From a virus, in IMG/VR virus record IMGVR_UViG_3300045747_000694, positions 106,165 through 153,172 of that record: a stretch of DNA of 47,008 nt; one strand, 5' to 3'. Below are positions 46,136 through 47,008 of this stretch, one piece after another. Below the pieces are notes generated by a model. That model was not told the DNA's origin. It did not search any database and saw nothing but the letters and a program-made list of their open reading frames with translations. A program made the translations under genes and the position numbers. The stretch's first letter is position 1. Every line of letters starts with the position of its first letter.

Positions 46136-46209
46136 TGGTGCTCCTAGAGAGAATCGAACTCTCGCCTCACCCTTACCAAGGGCGTGCTCTGCCTTAGAGC
46201 TACAGGAGC
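46136..46209 (-). tRNA. tRNA-Thr (GGT), CCA encoded
   Basis: Anticodon arm CGCCC-TTGGTAA-GGGTG; T-arm GAGAG-TTCGATT-CTCTC. Confidence 0.75.
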
Positions 46210-46213
46210 AAGA

Positions 46214-46288
46214 TGGTGGATGTGATCGGGGTCGAACCGACAACCTTCGGCTTGCAAAGCCGCTGCGCTCCCATTGCGCTACACACCC
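46214..46288 (-). tRNA. tRNA-Ala (TGC) with the G3:U70 identity pair, CCA encoded
   Basis: Acceptor GGGTGTG/CACATCC gives a G3-T70 wobble; anticodon loop TTTGCAA. Confidence 0.8.
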
Positions 46289-46294
46289 ATGAAG

Positions 46295-46366
46295 TGGACC
46301 CCCAGGGAGTTGAACCCTGACCTCTGCCTTGCCGAGGCAGCGTCCAGACCGCTAGACGAGGAGCCC
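46295..46366 (-). tRNA. tRNA-Ala (GGC) with G3:U70; loop TCGGCAA has C33; no encoded CCA
   Basis: Acceptor GGGCTCC/GGGGTCC (G3-T70); anticodon arm CTGCC-TCGGCAA-GGCAG; T-arm CAGGG-TTCAACT-CCCTG. Confidence 0.6.
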
Positions 46367-46372
46367 ATGAAG

Positions 46373-46445
46373 TACGCGTGGAGGGAATCGAACCCCCGAT
46401 CTCTGCCATGTCAAGGCAGCACTCTGGCCGCTGAGCTACACGCGC
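46373..46445 (-). tRNA. tRNA-Val (GAC), no encoded CCA
   Basis: Anticodon arm CTGCC-TTGACAT-GGCAG; T-arm GGGGG-TTCGATT-CCCTC. Confidence 0.75.
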
Positions 46446-46449
46446 ATGC

Positions 46450-46525
46450 TGGTGGACCCGAGGGGAGTTGAACCCCTTGCCTCTCGGATGCGAACCGAGC
46501 GCTCTACCAGGTGAGCTACGGGCCC
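46450..46525 (-). tRNA. tRNA-Ala (CGC) with G3:U70, CCA encoded
   Basis: Acceptor GGGCCCG/CGGGTCC; anticodon arm CTCGG-TTCGCAT-CCGAG. Confidence 0.8.
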
Positions 46526-46531
46526 ATGAAG

Positions 46532-46607
46532 TGGTGCGCCCTCTCGGAGTCGAACCGAGATGTCTCGCTCTTCAGGCGAGTGCTTGAACCGTCACAGCCA
46601 AAGGCGC
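46532..46607 (-). tRNA. tRNA-Phe (GAA), CCA encoded
   Basis: Anticodon arm CTCGC-CTGAAGA-GCGAG; T-arm CTCGG-TTCGACT-CCGAG. Confidence 0.75.
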
Positions 46608-46614
46608 AAAGGAA

Positions 46615-46689
46615 TGGCGGGGCCACGGGGAGTTGAACCCCGCTCTCCGGCGTGACAGGCCGGTGTCCTGACCGATGAACGATGACCCC
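46615..46689 (-). tRNA. tRNA-Asp (GTC), discriminator G, CCA encoded
   Basis: Anticodon arm CCGGC-CTGTCAC-GCCGG; T-arm CGGGG-TTCAACT-CCCCG. Confidence 0.8.
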
Positions 46690-46694
46690 TCTGC

Positions 46695-46768
46695 TGGGGT
46701 GAGGTACGGGAGTTGAACCCGCGTTGCGAGAGCCACAATCTCGTGTCCTACCGTTGGACGAACCTCAC
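46695..46768 (-). tRNA. tRNA-His (GTG), discriminator C73, CCA encoded; no encoded G-1
   Basis: Anticodon arm CGAGA-TTGTGGC-TCTCG; acceptor GTGAGGT/ACCTCAC; the base preceding G1 is T. Confidence 0.75.
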
Positions 46769-46771
46769 ACT

Positions 46772-46845
46772 TGGTCCCCCAGCCAGGGGTCGAACCTGGA
46801 CCTGTCGCTTATCAGGCGACTGCTCTACCTCTGAGCTACCGGGGG
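46772..46845 (-). tRNA. tRNA-Ile (GAT), CCA encoded
   Basis: Anticodon arm GTCGC-CTGATAA-GCGAC; T-arm CCAGG-TTCGACC-CCTGG. Confidence 0.8.
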
Positions 46846-46849
46846 AAGA

Positions 46850-46926
46850 TGGTCAAGGTGAGAGGAATCGAACCTCCGGCCTCCTGGTCCCGAACCAGGC
46901 GCTCTGCCAGTCTGAGCTACACCTTG
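46850..46926 (-). tRNA. tRNA-Pro (CGG), CCA encoded
   Basis: Anticodon arm CCTGG-TTCGGGA-CCAGG; T-arm GGAGG-TTCGATT-CCTCT. Confidence 0.8.
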
Positions 46927-46933
46927 ATGAAGA

Positions 46934-47008
46934 TGGTCAGCGTGAGAGGATTCGGACCTCCGGCCTCCTGCACCCCAAGCAGGCGCTCTACCAGGCTGAG
47001 CTACACGC
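46934..47008 (-). tRNA. tRNA-Pro (GGG), 5'-truncated by the window edge; unusual T-loop TCCGAAT
   Basis: Anticodon arm CCTGC-TTGGGGT-GCAGG; CCA encoded; the last 2 nt of the 5' acceptor strand lie outside the window. Confidence 0.65.

Noticed and set aside
44333-47008. Possibility that the regularly spaced 72-91 nt units are a CRISPR array
   Set aside because: The units are not identical repeats. Each folds into a distinct tRNA cloverleaf with the conserved GTTCGA T-loop, and the intervening spacers are only 3-9 nt.

Overview
This 47 kb window is GC-rich (about 67-68%) and densely packed with co-directional genes on the + strand. It reads as the late structural, lysis and tRNA region of a large tailed phage or prophage in a high-GC host. 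I see no host housekeeping genes.

From left to right:
- A large Gly/Ser/Ala-rich virion-type protein, partial at the 5' end of the window.
- Two large ORFs (484 aa and at least 995 aa) in the same frame, separated by a single TAG codon.
- A block of small proteins that includes a sigma-70-family sigma factor.
- A 1267-aa Thr-rich collagen-like (Gly-X-Y) fibre gene. It is followed immediately by a glycosylation cassette: an FkbM-type methyltransferase, a 1061-aa trifunctional GT2-TPR-SAM-methyltransferase-GT4 enzyme, a second GT4, and a B12-binding radical SAM enzyme.
- A baseplate-like module made of very large proteins (gp25/W-like, 1487-aa J/gp6-like, 757 aa, 1429 aa), then a 1085-aa tail fibre.
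- A lysis-type cassette: a 2-TM holin-like protein, a 4-TM protein, a spanin-like protein, a C39-like cysteine peptidase and an RHH protein.
- A bidirectional terminator.
- On the minus strand, a very compact array of at least 25 tRNA genes (44333 to the window end) with 3-9 nt spacers, interrupted by an HNH endonuclease gene.

Several of the tRNAs have atypical anticodon loops. All tRNA calls and all domain assignments were made by eye, without tRNAscan or database searches, so they should be verified.
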